A DNA stretch of 64,000 bases from an uncultured Nitrososphaerales archaeon (GTDB lineage Archaea; Thermoproteota; Nitrososphaeria; Nitrososphaerales; Nitrososphaeraceae). The stretch lies in assembly GCA_963713605.1 (NCBI GenBank), contig CAVQMO010000001.1, forward strand, positions 256,001-320,000, in the 5' to 3' direction. Below, piece after piece: positions 9,961-21,758 of the stretch. Both the position numbers and the translations under genes were made by a program. Positions within the stretch are counted from its first letter, which is position 1. Every line of letters starts with the position of its first letter. The notes beneath the pieces are model-generated. The model ran no database searches. It saw nothing but the letters and a program-made list of their open reading frames with translations, and was not told where the DNA came from.

Positions 9961-12159
9961 ATGGTATTAGAGATCAATTCAGATCACATGAGATTAATTA
10001 AGGATCCTGAACATAATTTAAACGGAGAAGGGAGCAAAAACTTACATAAAATATTGAAGATACTGGGATACTCTGAGTTATATCCTCCACAAGATCTGGC
10101 TCTATCAAAAGGTGTCGCAGAAGGCAAGAACCTACTAATTGTAACACCGACTGCAAGCGGAAAGACATTGACGGCGATGATGGCCACTATCTCAGTCCTT
10201 CAAAGAGGTCTAAAAGTAATATATCTCACCCCTTTGCGAGCACTGACATCAGAGAAATACCATGACTTCAAGTTATTTGAAAAGCATCCTCTTATAGGCA
10301 AGCAGGTCAAAGTTAAGATAGCAAGTGGGGATTACAGCTCACCTGGAAGCGGATTGTCTGATGCTGATATTATTATTGCGACTAACGAAAAGATGGATTC
10401 ACTGCTTCGCCGGCGAATTGACTGGCTACATAACGTAGGACTTTTCATAACGGATGAGTTTCATTTACTGTCAGATCCTGAGAGAGGCCCAACTCTGGAG
10501 ATGTTACTTACTAAAATCCGTAACAGGTATCCGAGTGCTCAAATCTTAGCACTTAGTGCTACCGTCGCCAATTCTAGTGAATTAGCAGAATGGCTCGATT
10601 GTGACTTGGTCATGAGTTCTTGGAGACCTACAAAATTGGTGGAGGGAATATTTGAAGATGGTCAAGTCGCTATGAATGACGGCAGTCGGCTTACAGTCAA
10701 TGTTTCCGCCAAAGCCTCAGCCTCTGTCGACGTTGCTATTGATTGTGTTGCAAAAGGTGGCCAATCACTAATTTTCGCGGAAACTAGAAAGCGATGTGTT
10801 TCCCTCGCTGTTCGGGCAGCTGATGGAGTTCATCAGATCCTATCGCAGAAAGAATCTGTGATGGCAGCCGAGGCGTCATCTAAGCTCATGAGAAAGGGAG
10901 ATGATACAGACTTGACGAAGACGTTAGTAAAGTTAGTTAACAGAGGCGTTGCATTTCATCATGCAGGTTTGTCCCATCAATGTAGAGAAGCGGTGGAAAC
11001 AGCTTACACGAAGGGAATCGTCAAGCTTATAGTGGCCACTCCCACTTTGGCATCAGGTGTGAATCTTCCTGCAAGAAGGGTTGTACTCTCAAGCGTAATG
11101 AGGTATGATCTAGAACAAGGCGGATATGCTCCTATTAGAATTATGGAGTACAAGCAATTATGCGGCCGGGCTGGGCGACCCCAGTATGACGAAAAGGGAG
11201 AAAGTATAATCATCGCAAATGACAATATTGCAGGACAAGATCTATATGAACATTATATCAATGGAACGCCGGAACCGATAAAATCAAATTTAATGAACGG
11301 GAAGTCCTTGAGGTCGCACGTACTGAGCACGGTAGCTGAAGTTCCAGGCATCAGGAGGTCTGAAATTCATGGATTATTTGCAAATACCTTATGTGCATAT
11401 TATCATGATAAGTCAATGTTATTGGGTAAGGTTGACGAAACGCTATACTATCTTGAAGAACAAGAACTAATCAAGTCCAAGAATGATAGATATATAGCCA
11501 CTTCATTTGGCAAAACCATATCTTTATTATATATGGATCCGATTACTGGAGTTCGATTTAGAAAATTCATTAGAATGATAGAGAGAAAAGGTAGCGATTC
11601 TCAAGAAAATCATGTACTTGCATATCTTCAGGTAGTTACATCCTGTGAGGATTTTTTCCCAAAGCTTCAATTAAGGAAGAAAGATCTAGAACCCATATTA
11701 GATCTTCTGAGTAAGAACGAAAATTGGCTAGTAATCCCGCTGGACGAACATGCATGCACAAGAAGCCTATTGGTATTACACAGCTGGATCCAAGAAGCAA
11801 GTGTGAGACAAATATCTTTAGAATTAGGGGTAGAACCTGGAGACTTACATAGGATTGTTGAGGCTGGTGAGCGACTATTTTCATGCTTTTATGAGATTGC
11901 TAAACTAAGTAAAAGGGACGACCTTTTGGTCGAAGTTGACATGCTTAGAAAACGAATCAAATATGGAGTTAAGCCCGAGTTGCTGTCGGTATTAAGATTA
12001 ACAGGCATTGGTAGAGTTAGAGCAAGGTCTCTATTTGATGCAGGTGTGGCCTCCATAAAGGATCTTACAGAAGTGGATGAACAACACATAGCCAGTATCC
12101 CAAAGATTGGCACAGCAATGGCAAGAAAAATAAAGAAGGAAACTATCAAATTTGTGTAG
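9961..12159 (+). CDS. hel308: Ski2-like ATP-dependent DNA helicase Hel308
   Basis: PTASGKT, DEFH, LSAT, GVNLPA, QLCGRAGRP and C-terminal HhH (GIGRVRAR). Confidence 0.93.
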   Translation: MVLEINSDHMRLIKDPEHNLNGEGSKNLHKILKILGYSELYPPQDLALSKGVAEGKNLLIVTPTASGKTLTAMMATISVLQRGLKVIYLTPLRALTSEKYHDFKLFEKHPLIGKQVKVKIASGDYSSPGSGLSDADIIIATNEKMDSLLRRRIDWLHNVGLFITDEFHLLSDPERGPTLEMLLTKIRNRYPSAQILALSATVANSSELAEWLDCDLVMSSWRPTKLVEGIFEDGQVAMNDGSRLTVNVSAKASASVDVAIDCVAKGGQSLIFAETRKRCVSLAVRAADGVHQILSQKESVMAAEASSKLMRKGDDTDLTKTLVKLVNRGVAFHHAGLSHQCREAVETAYTKGIVKLIVATPTLASGVNLPARRVVLSSVMRYDLEQGGYAPIRIMEYKQLCGRAGRPQYDEKGESIIIANDNIAGQDLYEHYINGTPEPIKSNLMNGKSLRSHVLSTVAEVPGIRRSEIHGLFANTLCAYYHDKSMLLGKVDETLYYLEEQELIKSKNDRYIATSFGKTISLLYMDPITGVRFRKFIRMIERKGSDSQENHVLAYLQVVTSCEDFFPKLQLRKKDLEPILDLLSKNENWLVIPLDEHACTRSLLVLHSWIQEASVRQISLELGVEPGDLHRIVEAGERLFSCFYEIAKLSKRDDLLVEVDMLRKRIKYGVKPELLSVLRLTGIGRVRARSLFDAGVASIKDLTEVDEQHIASIPKIGTAMARKIKKETIKFV

Positions 12160-12420
12160 GGAGGACATGATATACCACTATCATACTAATCATACTAAAC
12201 ATGAATACTACTACTATATAATTGGCGTTCAAATTAATTGATTATCAACCTGATTAAATCTCTGATATATGGTATTTGATACCACCCAAACCAATTTTGG
12301 GTATAGAAATAATAGTGTTATGGCTTGAGCTCGTCTCCTTAGGTATTGCTACCGTATTCTCACATTCTATCACTAATTAAATTTATAATAGGCCTTACAC
12401 CTCTTGCAGAACCGATCTTG

Positions 12421-13431
12421 ATGGTCATCGATTCGTTATCTGACACCTTTTACCTTATTACTGCAACAATTGTATCTTTGGTTTCTTTTGGAGTAATTTT
12501 TTTTCTTATGCCTAAATCTATTAGATCATTGAAATTGAAGGGAAAGGTAGTAAAAGACTATCATAAACCTGGAAAATCCGATATACCCAGGCCTGCTGGA
12601 CCAATCTTGTTATTAGGAATAGCATTGGCCGAAGTAATTCTGTATATATTGACACTTAGTGATGCGGTGCTTGCTATCCTACTAACCACTGTGATAGGCT
12701 TTATTGTAGGGATAGTGGACGATATAAGGATAATGCCTGGTTGGTTTAAACCTTTGGCTCTAGTGGCCGCAGCCATTCCACTAATCTTGCTAGGTGCACA
12801 TGGTAACTATCTTAACTTGATCTTTGGTAGCGCGTTTATTCCGATTCTTTACATTCCTTTAATACTCATTATAATACCGGTCGTAGGAAATACTATTAAT
12901 TCAATTGATGTTGTGAATGGCGTAGCAAGTAGTTCGGTGATCATTGCTTTAATACCTATATTAGCAAGTGTTCTGTTATTCGGTAATGTACACGTGTTTT
13001 TGGCCGGATTGCCTCTACTAGCAGGAACCATAGCTTTTTACAACTATCACAGGTACCCCAGCAGGATATTTCCTGGAGACTCTGGCACGTTATTAATGGG
13101 GACAATGCTTGGCGCGATTGCCATAGCCGGTAAATCCGAGATCATTGCTGTGATAGCGCTATTGCCAGCCGTCATGAATTCATTTCTTTTTCTTTCAAGT
13201 ATGAAAAAAATAGTAGAGCACAGAGAAGTAAAAGCTCGTCCCACAATACTAACCGATGATTTCAAATTGATGGCATCAAAGGATAAGAGAGCTCCAGTGA
13301 CTCTTCTAAGACTGATACTTGCAGACGGTCCGTTGACCGAAGAGGAGATTATTAAACAGGTCACAAAGCTCGCAATTTTTTGCTCAGCGCTAGCATTCAT
13401 ATCCATCTACATTCAATCCTTATTCGTATAG
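12421..13431 (+). CDS. MraY/GPT-family UDP-GlcNAc:dolichyl-phosphate GlcNAc-1-P transferase (AglH-like)
   Basis: GIVDD, NSIDVVNG and IFPGDSG motifs; many TM helices. Confidence 0.88.
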   Translation: MVIDSLSDTFYLITATIVSLVSFGVIFFLMPKSIRSLKLKGKVVKDYHKPGKSDIPRPAGPILLLGIALAEVILYILTLSDAVLAILLTTVIGFIVGIVDDIRIMPGWFKPLALVAAAIPLILLGAHGNYLNLIFGSAFIPILYIPLILIIIPVVGNTINSIDVVNGVASSSVIIALIPILASVLLFGNVHVFLAGLPLLAGTIAFYNYHRYPSRIFPGDSGTLLMGTMLGAIAIAGKSEIIAVIALLPAVMNSFLFLSSMKKIVEHREVKARPTILTDDFKLMASKDKRAPVTLLRLILADGPLTEEEIIKQVTKLAIFCSALAFISIYIQSLFV

Positions 13432-13444
13432 AAGGAGTTTAGGA

Positions 13445-13675
13445 TTGGCTATACATGGGCTATTGGGATTTATTGTAGTAATGTGGACAATAGTCCTATC
13501 GGCGTGCGGATTTTTGATTATATTTGTTGCGCCACTGGATAGCTTGCTTGGTATCCAAAATAGGATAATAACTTCATTGATTCAAGCTTCGATAGCAATC
13601 CTGTTAGTTATTGGACTCGTTATGGTTTTAGACCGTATCAAGAAATTGTATACCATGAGAAAACTCAAGATATGA
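13445..13675 (+). CDS. small two-TM membrane protein
   Basis: two hydrophobic helices, 13 bp downstream of the GPT gene. Confidence 0.7.
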   Translation: MAIHGLLGFIVVMWTIVLSACGFLIIFVAPLDSLLGIQNRIITSLIQASIAILLVIGLVMVLDRIKKLYTMRKLKI

Positions 13676-14076
13676 ATATTCCAAAACCCATGTAACTTGA
13701 AGTTTGGCCTCCTAGAAACTTTCAGTTAGTCTCCTCAGCAGATCTTAAGATAATGAAACATATGCTCAGATGTAGGGTCTGGGTAGGAAATTCTAAAACG
13801 ATTATTACAATCATTACCATACGATAAACAAGGAAAATAGGCATGAGATGCAAAGTATGGTATCAGATACTACACCATAATTCTTGAATCATAACCTGTA
13901 TGGAAATCTGTAAACATAGATTGTCCGATTTATTAAGCAATGTATGCATCTACAGATGGTTATAACTACGATTGACAAGTACTGGTTTGAAAACACAAAA
14001 TTTCACTGAGCAAACGTACCACCGGATCACCTAACTCTTGCACTCTCACAATTCTTGTTTATAAAGACCTCCGAGC

Positions 14077-14472
14077 TTATACTTGCTTCGTACCGCATGA
14101 TTTGCAGAATTTGGAATTTATACTTAAATTGGCACCACAGTTGATACAATGTTTTCCCTCTTTAACCTGTCTAACGCCGGGCTTATTGTCTCCTCCTATA
14201 TTTGATATGCCCGTCCCGTACATCTCAGTAACAGCTCCCGAGGGTCTAAAAGTATCATCAATGTCCGGTTCAGTATTCTCGCTCAACGGATCAGACTTCT
14301 TCTCTTGGAGAAAGAGGGTCAACCTAGGCACAGTTTCATGACTATCCGGCGAGGTAACTTGTTCCCCTAACCAGAGTGCAAATTTCTTCAGAGTCATCTC
14401 GGGAGTAGAAAAAGTAAGTGAATGAGTTGACATATATTCCTCAGTAGCCGTTCGGGCATTGAACAGTTTCAT
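14077..14472 (-). CDS. zinc-ribbon domain protein
   Basis: C-terminal CINCG..SKFCKSCG. Confidence 0.85.
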   Translation of the reverse strand: MKLFNARTATEEYMSTHSLTFSTPEMTLKKFALWLGEQVTSPDSHETVPRLTLFLQEKKSDPLSENTEPDIDDTFRPSGAVTEMYGTGISNIGGDNKPGVRQVKEGKHCINCGANLSINSKFCKSCGTKQV

Positions 14473-14682
14473 TACTATGAACTTCCACTAGTAACGCTTT
14501 TAATTATTACGTCCTTCAGCTACTGTGATTAGGCAAATCAGCTCATCGGAATAAGACTGGGTTGATAAGAATCCAAAGCTGGCGATGCGCAAACCAAACA
14601 ACCTAATAATCTTTCCCGTCCCGCAACTTAAGTATTTAAATAAGACGTTATAGAATTCCCATGTATTCTGAAGCTGATTATT

Positions 14683-15171
14683 ATGAAATGGACCAAAAAT
14701 GAAAGGTTTCCTAATGATAAAGTTGGAACAATAAAGGATGAGATTTCCGACAAGGTGAAGGGAGTAGGAGCACGTCTTGAAGGATTCGTTTCAGATGAAC
14801 CCAGAGGCGACGAGAGCGAAGATTCAAAACGAATAGGTAAAGACGATATTGTTGGGAGTCAGCATTTACCTAAAAAAGTCGTAACAGGTACTGATAAGAC
14901 AAATCACGGTACGGTAGAAGGAGAATCAATGATACTTGACAATGACATTGTTTCAACCCCCGAAACTATAGGTGAAAATATCGTAAGCCAAGCCGTAGCG
15001 AACACTAGTACTTCTGGATATACTCCTTTAGAAATAGGATCCCTTAAGATAGAGAGGAATTCTTACTATAGTCACTTTTTCTCCTTGACTCCTGTACTTG
15101 TGACGAATCGTGGATGTATTCAGGTTAGCGGTAAGAACTTTGACTATATCCAAATAATCCAACGTAATTGA
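14683..15171 (+). CDS. hypothetical protein
   Basis: 162 aa hydrophilic ORF with TATA-like tttaaata upstream. Confidence 0.5.
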   Translation: MKWTKNERFPNDKVGTIKDEISDKVKGVGARLEGFVSDEPRGDESEDSKRIGKDDIVGSQHLPKKVVTGTDKTNHGTVEGESMILDNDIVSTPETIGENIVSQAVANTSTSGYTPLEIGSLKIERNSYYSHFFSLTPVLVTNRGCIQVSGKNFDYIQIIQRN

Positions 15172-15351
15172 AATATTCCATATGAGCTTGGCGGGCCAAT
15201 CGTTCTGAGATTTACTGTGTTCTCTCCGACCGTTTTCCTGTTAGGTTATTACTTGTTATCTGAAGTATCGTGGGAGAACCCTACAATATGAATATTTTTA
15301 ATTTCCGTCGCAAACACTCATCTACTTAGTCAGAATCTTCATATCCTAAGT

Positions 15352-15579
15352 TCAGGGTAAGGGGCTAATCCATTCGCATTTCATGTCGAACTTTGAATGA
15401 TGCTTTTCTACTGCATATTTGGCCGCACCGCGTTTTAACAAACAAAACACCATACCTCAGTTCACGACATAGAATTTATTGATATTCTTAACTCCGAATT
15501 CATCAATGGGTTTCTTTTGACTCTTCTTGAGGTCATCTGTACATCTGTCCATTGAATGATAGTCTATAAACGTAGGCAT
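15352..15579 (-). pseudogene. DUF4242/SCO4226-like nickel-binding protein with an in-frame TGA
   Basis: manual translation MPTFIDYHSM..DEFGVKNINKFYVVN*GMVFCLL..AVEKHHSKFDMKCEWI; TGA at 15457-15459. Confidence 0.7.
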
Positions 15580-15776
15580 CTGTGACGATGTATTCACTTA
15601 CTCTAAGAAATAAGGATTTGAGTCTTGGAAAATAAGGTTTCCTGATTAGAGTTTTTGCGCGAGAGTATCTATGTTGAAGATTGCTAATGGCCGTGAAGAA
15701 ATTTCATGATATGATAACAGGCCACGTCTAGATACAAAACATAGGCAGAGGTCTTTGTAGAGATCTAAGACTACAG

Positions 15777-15851
15777 TGGAGGGGATGGGATTCGAACCCA
15801 TGACCACCTGCGTGTAAGGCAGGTATCCTAACCAGTCTAGACAACCCCTCC
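15777..15851 (-). tRNA. tRNA-Val (TAC)
   Basis: acceptor GGAGGGG/CCCCTCC-A, anticodon arm CCTGC-CTTACAC-GCAGG, GGTTCGAATCC; 75 nt. Confidence 0.96.
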
Positions 15852-16016
15852 TCTAATGCCTTAGATGCACTTCAAGTCCATTATTCAATATTAATGTGTT
15901 TTATGGAGCCTTGCAATATCTGACCAATAAGATGACGTGGCATTTGACTGGCATAATGAAAAATGTATCGGCGGCGTCAATAGGATATATTAGTCCTAGA
16001 AAATAGGTGTATTGTA

Positions 16017-16434
16017 ATGTCGAAAGGTTCTTCTAAGGGCAATCTAGCCGAACTAGGAGAGCAGCTCAAGCAGGTATTAGAAGGCGTGCAGGATAAGTAT
16101 GAATCATTCATCGACGATGCTCAGCTTTACAAGAAAGGTAAGATTGACGATGTTAATTTTTTTTACAAGTTAAGCGAATATCTACTAGAATCTCACCAAA
16201 GTAAACTTTTTGGAGGCACGGTTTGTTCTTGAGTTAAAGAGCATCTTGGAAAGTAAAGGGGGTAAGCGGCAAGTAGAGACACATCAGATGAGCGTTTCAG
16301 ATAGAATCCCTGTCCCGAGTATATCTAACGAAGACAGATCAGAAAGCCCACTCAAACGGACCTGCAATAGTTGTGGTGCAGAAGTTAACTCTACGGCGAA
16401 ATTTTGCAGGTCATGTGGAAAATCGCAAGTGTAG
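16017..16434 (+). CDS. helical protein with C-terminal zinc ribbon; apparent frameshift near 16190
   Basis: two overlapping ORFs (16017-16232, 16210-16434) read as one protein ending CNSCG..AKFCRSCG. Confidence 0.7.
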
Positions 16435-16509
16435 TAAGAATTATCTCTCCATTCTAGCCACAAAAAGCCCATCTTACTCCCGATTCGTGTGTGGTCGGGA
16501 TTGGAATTA

Positions 16510-16809
16510 TTATGTATTATTTTTTTTCCTACGGTCCCCGAATTTCAATTCTACACCCCTTCGTTCAGTAATATCAAAAGTAAATGATTCGTTATCAAGA
16601 ATTGGGAAACTCGAAATAAGTGATTCGTCGCATGCAATACATCCATTTTCTATGACATTCAATCTTGACTTGTCAATAAACGTCGCAGCCCAATGACAAT
16701 TGTCACAGAGCACAAAAATGGCTTCATTTGCCTTTCGATTTGTTTCATTGTTTGTCGAAGCTAGAACCTTTGACGTAGAGGGCGTGGTGCTTTCAGTTGA
16801 ACCATTCAT
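16510..16809 (-). CDS. small CxxC-CxxC hypothetical protein
   Basis: FVLCDNCHW...CIACD. Confidence 0.75.
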   Translation of the reverse strand: MNGSTESTTPSTSKVLASTNNETNRKANEAIFVLCDNCHWAATFIDKSRLNVIENGCIACDESLISSFPILDNESFTFDITERRGVELKFGDRRKKNNT

Positions 16810-16973
16810 GCTAATCCAAATTCACGCATTTTAACACATATGAACAATATAAATTCTGTTATAAAGAATCTAGCTAGAATCTTGACGTCACTAATACTGA
16901 CTAATCCTCATCGCATGGAAATAGGTCTTATTCGCATATTGCTAAATTAAGTCGGAACTGCAAATCAATTACT

Positions 16974-18948
16974 TTATGATAGACTTTGTTCCAATTTCCT
17001 TTCAAGAATGGAACTTACCGTTTTTCCATCTACTCTGCCTCTAAGTAATGACATACTCCTGCCCATTAGCGTTCCCAACGAATCCCTCCCTTTTTGTTTA
17101 ATCAAACCCATGTTATCGATGATAATCTTGTTTATGATTTCATTTAGTTCACTCTCGCTTACTTGTGTAAGACCCAGAATTTGAATCGCCTGTTTTACAT
17201 CGTCGAGATCCTTCGTTAGCATGGTCTCAAGTATCACTGGAATCGATTCTTTCGCTATCTCGCCTCCATCAAGCATTTGAAATGCTGTTTTAATCGACTT
17301 GTCGGAAAGTCTCTCCGGATTCAAGCCCTTCCTCCTTATGCTAGTGAGATCCTCGGTTATCTTTGAGGCAACGAAAGTTGGCTGTACCTTTGTACTTTTG
17401 ACTATGTCTTCAAAGAGTTTCAGGCGATCAGAGTCAAAGATCTCAAGGGCCAGTTTACGGTTCAGGCGATATCTTTGCATTATATCCTTTATGTAACTTT
17501 CAAATGATTTAGGTACGGAGCCTTTCAATGAATCCAAAATCAAATCATCTGTTTTTATGGGAAGGACATCCGTCTCAGGATACATCCGGCTGGACCCAGG
17601 TCTCGGTCTTATGAAAATCGTTTTCCCATCTAGCGTCGCTGCCCTCGTTTCAGGTACAACACCTTGCGTTGCCTTGCCCAACCTCTGTAGAATTGCATCA
17701 ATGGCGAATTGAACCCTATCCCTGTCTCCGCCAATCAAAATAAACGCATCACATCCGCTTGTCATATTCAATTTTTCCTTGATTGCTGCCAACTTCGGAC
17801 TCTGTTATTCCATAGTTAGGCAGTTCATCAGAATGAAAAATTCCGCCTAGCCCATAGAATCTTACTATTTCCGCTAACTGTCTGCCCAGCCTCACCCCCA
17901 CATAAGGCTCGTATCCTAAGATTCCATCGAATCCCTCTGCTTTTATCGCCATAAATTGTGTATCTTCTCTCTCTAAAATCCGGACTACTGCCTTAGAGGA
18001 GGAGCGTCCTAAAATGTCAGTTGCATCTTCTACCGTAAATTCTTGAATACCATATTTATTGTATTTCGGGGCGTGAGAGGTACGTCTTCGAGTCAATTCA
18101 GCTGCGATCTGGATCAAGCCAAGTTGTCTTGTTGTTTCAAATTCTATAACGTTAATGAGCTGATCTAGTTGTTGTATCCCTTTAATTTCTACAACTGATC
18201 CTCCGTTGACCGAGACATTGATATCTTGCCTTATAGTACCTATGCCTCTCTCTACTCTTTTGCTAGCTCTAAGCAGCCTTCCTAATGTTACCGCAACTTG
18301 TAACACATCTTGCGGAGTTCCACTTATAGGTTCAAGAGCTACCTCAACCAATGGAGTGCCTAACCTGTCTAAGGAGTAATCTCTAGCGATATTATCGTCG
18401 GAAAGGAGTCGAGCCGCATCCTCTTCCAGGCATACGCTTTGTACTCCTACCTTCTTGTCTCCTTCTATTTCGAGGTACCCTCCTGTGCCAATTAACATAG
18501 TCCGTTGAAATCCTGTCGTATTGGATCCGTCGATCACAATTTTTCTCATAACATGAATCTCGTCAACTACTTTAGAATGGAGCGCCAAAGCAAGTATAAG
18601 TGCTGTTTCGAGAGACTCCTTATCAACAGAATGGGGTGGTTCTTCATCAGCCTCAACCAAACAACTCGTGAAGGGATGACTGTGATATCTTATAGATTTC
18701 ATCTTAGTAGCTTCGAAGAGGGCTGCTGGATCGTACCCACCTAGCTCACTATATGCAGGTCTCAGTTTACGCATAAATGTTAGGGTTGAGTACTCAGCGG
18801 CTTTGTTACTGCATTCACAGAATAGCTTACTCTGAGAAGCCAATTGTTGATGTATCTCCAAGCCTACCATTACACTGGCTCCTGAAATTTTTGGGTCCAG
18901 TTCTGGCAGGGAATACTTTGAACTAGTCCTAGATGCTTTGCTTATCAA
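16974..18948 (-). CDS. gatE: Glu-tRNA(Gln) amidotransferase subunit E; apparent frameshift near 17789
   Basis: GLEIHQQL, DGSNTTGFQRT, RQDINVS, HSDELPNYGI, then RPRPGSSRMYPETD in the second frame. Confidence 0.95.
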
Positions 18949-18953
18949 ACTCG

Positions 18954-20370
18954 CTAATCCTTCCCATAATATAACAATCGCCTATTCATCGGAGACATTA
19001 AAGATATTTCATTTGCTACGTTTCTTTCCATCATTCTTGCAGCCTCTACATTGTCATGCGAGTTTGCCATTACCCACATTGCCTTTACCACAGCTGTCTC
19101 TGAAGTCATATCTTCGAGAGGCAAAACCCCCAATTCGATCAAATCTCTGCCCGTGTCATATACTTTCATATTTGTTCTTCCCCAAATACATTGAGATGTC
19201 ATGAATATCAACACACCAGATTTGATGGCTTTTAAGATCTCGGGGAAGAATTTTCTCCCTACGTGTCCTAATCCCGTTCCTTCAAGAACGATTGCTCGAC
19301 AGCCAGACTTGGCTGCATACCCAAATAGATTTGGATCTATTCCTGGATAGTATTTTATGAGGGTAACCCTTGGATCAAATTTCGACTCGACTTCGAAATT
19401 ATTCTCGATCCTTTTAGAGATATTTGCACCGTAATTATTAAGACGATTTGGAATATCCATGTTAACAAATTGTGACTCTATCTTCACCTCTGCATTTTTC
19501 ACTGTGGCGATAGGCAACCTGTCTATTGATTCAAATGCATCTCGACGGCTTGTATGGTTCTTCCTAACCCTTGTTCCCAAATGACAGGAGATAAAGTCAT
19601 CGGAAGTACTTCCGTGCATCGCAACAAATACTCCAGCATAAGGAGATTTTATCGCGAAGATCGTGGCACCTATCAGATTAAGGGCTCCGTCGGAAGAGGG
19701 TCTATCAGACGATCTTTGAGATCCAACTAGAACAACTGGAATAGGGAGATTGTGAAGAGCAAAACTCAGGGCAGCAGCTGTATAATGCATCGTATCAGTA
19801 CCATGTGAGACCACTATACCCCGATAGCCTCCACTCCTTACTTTCTCAGCGATCTTGTTGGAAATCTGAGTCCAATGATGAGGTTCCAGATTTTCACTAT
19901 ATTCATTGAACATGAAATCAGCATCTATGGACGCGTATTTTCTGAGTTCAGGTACTGCATCATAGATCTCTGACGCAGACAATGCGAGCACTTACTCCTC
20001 CTGTCCGATAATCTACTTTGCTGGCTATAGTGCCACCGGTGCCAATAAGTGCGATTTTATGAACAGGCATCAAGCCTTCTTTCTCCATTTGTATCCTTGG
20101 CTTGGTAGTATCTACAAGATTTGTAGCACGTCCCAAATTGTATTCAGATTTACAGATAGACTTTACCTTAGAAGTTGAAATTCCTAGATTATATCCGCTC
20201 TTTAATTTTAGGACAACATGTTTCTTGTCCATTGATGCATATCTAGGCATAAGAGTACCTTGAAATGTATCTCCACTAAGGGTAGTTACCACTACCCAGT
20301 CTCCAGTTGAAACATTTTTGTTATTCATTTCATGCTTAGAATCGGGTACATTTTTTTTTAGGTCCCTCAA
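18954..20370 (-). CDS. gatD: Glu-tRNA(Gln) amidotransferase subunit D; apparent frameshift near 19986
   Basis: LKLKSGYNLGI, TGGTIASKVDYRTGGV, HGTDTM, GSQRSSDRPSSD. Confidence 0.95.
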
Positions 20371-20696
20371 CGTATTTTACCCACAACGATTTGAGGTAAT
20401 TTCTTTATTTTAAAGGGTATTAATTGTTTGGGGAATGCTCAACAGAGGTGTGCAGACCGTACTCGACATTCTTGGCTGCGTCTTTCAGATATGAGTTGGG
20501 ATGTCCCCACAGAGAAAAATGATCCACGTACGAGGGTCTAGACTTAAACTGAATCTGAGTTATTTTTAAATCAGAAAAATGAGCGATCATTAGATCATGA
20601 ATGCTTCATTCTGAATTAAGAGGCCACGCTGTATTATTTAATGTCCAATGGACGTGTAAATCACGTCTCATCTCTCTGAAATCATCAACTTCCAAT

Positions 20697-21095
20697 CTAA
20701 TCTTGAATAATCTTGATGCTTCTGACTTCAAACAACTCAAGTATTGCGTTTTCTATATCTCTTGTCGTAATTTTTCCATAGTCCCATGCATCGACGAATT
20801 CCTTGAATTGTTTCTCGAGGCCAAGAGCTATATCTTGGAAGTCTATCATCTCATTTGAGGTAATTGGAAGCTTATATCCTTTGGCGATCATTATCGGACA
20901 CCTCTGGTCACCTCCTATTGGAAAATACCAAGCATTCTTTGCAAACTCATATGATCCTGTTGAAATCACATTGTACATGCGCATAAGCTCTTCATTTGTC
21001 AGCTTGTTTAGATCATCGAACCAAGGTCCATATGGAATTCCTGGCTGTCTATTCTTCGCTACTACAACCTTTTCCATCTTGCGAGCAGGAAACAA
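20697..21095 (-). CDS. hypothetical protein
   Basis: 132 aa protein-like ORF divergent from nadM. Confidence 0.65.
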   Translation of the reverse strand: MFPARKMEKVVVAKNRQPGIPYGPWFDDLNKLTNEELMRMYNVISTGSYEFAKNAWYFPIGGDQRCPIMIAKGYKLPITSNEMIDFQDIALGLEKQFKEFVDAWDYGKITTRDIENAILELFEVRSIKIIQD

Positions 21096-21194
21096 TGATT
21101 ATAATAGGCCGTTGACATATTAAAGTAAATTGTTTTACTTGCTATATTTTTGAATTTCCTTTAAATTGGACTTTCATCTACGGGGTAATACGCT

Positions 21195-21758
21195 ATGGCA
21201 GTTGTAAGAGGAATTCTTGTGGGAAGGTTCCAACCATTCCACTTGGGCCATTTAAAGGCTGTGAGAGATGCGTCTATAGAAGTAGACGAATTGGTAATAG
21301 TGATCGGAAGTTCTCAAAGGAGCCATGAATTTAGAAATCCATTTACAGCTGGTGAACGTATAGAGATGATCAGGGAGACTCTAATTGCAGAGCAAAAAAT
21401 TGATGAACATAGGGTTATGTTGATTCCAGTTCCAGATACCAATATTCATTATCTCTGGACATATCAGATGGATCTACTTGTACCACGATATGACAGGGTT
21501 TATACAAATGATCCCTTTACCAAATACCTCTTCACCGAGAGGGGGGTAAGCGTAGTGCAGCCACGATTACATAAGAGAAGAGTCTTGTCAGCCACTCAAG
21601 TTCGACGTCGAATGGCGATGGACAGGGACTGGCAAAGCTTAGTCCCCCCCAGAACGGCTGAATTCATAGCAAAGATAAATGGTGCGAAACGAATCAAATC
21701 TTTATTTCAAAAACATGAATTGAATTCTCAGATTTACAAACATCAGCACGAGTACTAA
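21195..21758 (+). CDS. nadM: nicotinamide-nucleotide adenylyltransferase
   Basis: GRFQPFHLGH, NPFTAGERIEM, SATQVR. Confidence 0.93.
   Translation: MAVVRGILVGRFQPFHLGHLKAVRDASIEVDELVIVIGSSQRSHEFRNPFTAGERIEMIRETLIAEQKIDEHRVMLIPVPDTNIHYLWTYQMDLLVPRYDRVYTNDPFTKYLFTERGVSVVQPRLHKRRVLSATQVRRRMAMDRDWQSLVPPRTAEFIAKINGAKRIKSLFQKHELNSQIYKHQHEY

Noticed and set aside
12270..12302. Two short adjacent palindromes upstream of the GPT gene
   Set aside because: Arms are only 6-7 bp in AT-rich sequence with no second occurrence noticed.
13676..15851. Integrated element at tRNA-Val
   Set aside because: No integrase or transposase and no duplicated tRNA 3' end was found by eye.
16974..20370. Programmed frameshifting or pseudogenisation of gatD/gatE
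   Set aside because: These are essential genes with no slippery sites and the same +1 insertion pattern as many unrelated genes; sequencing error is far more likely.
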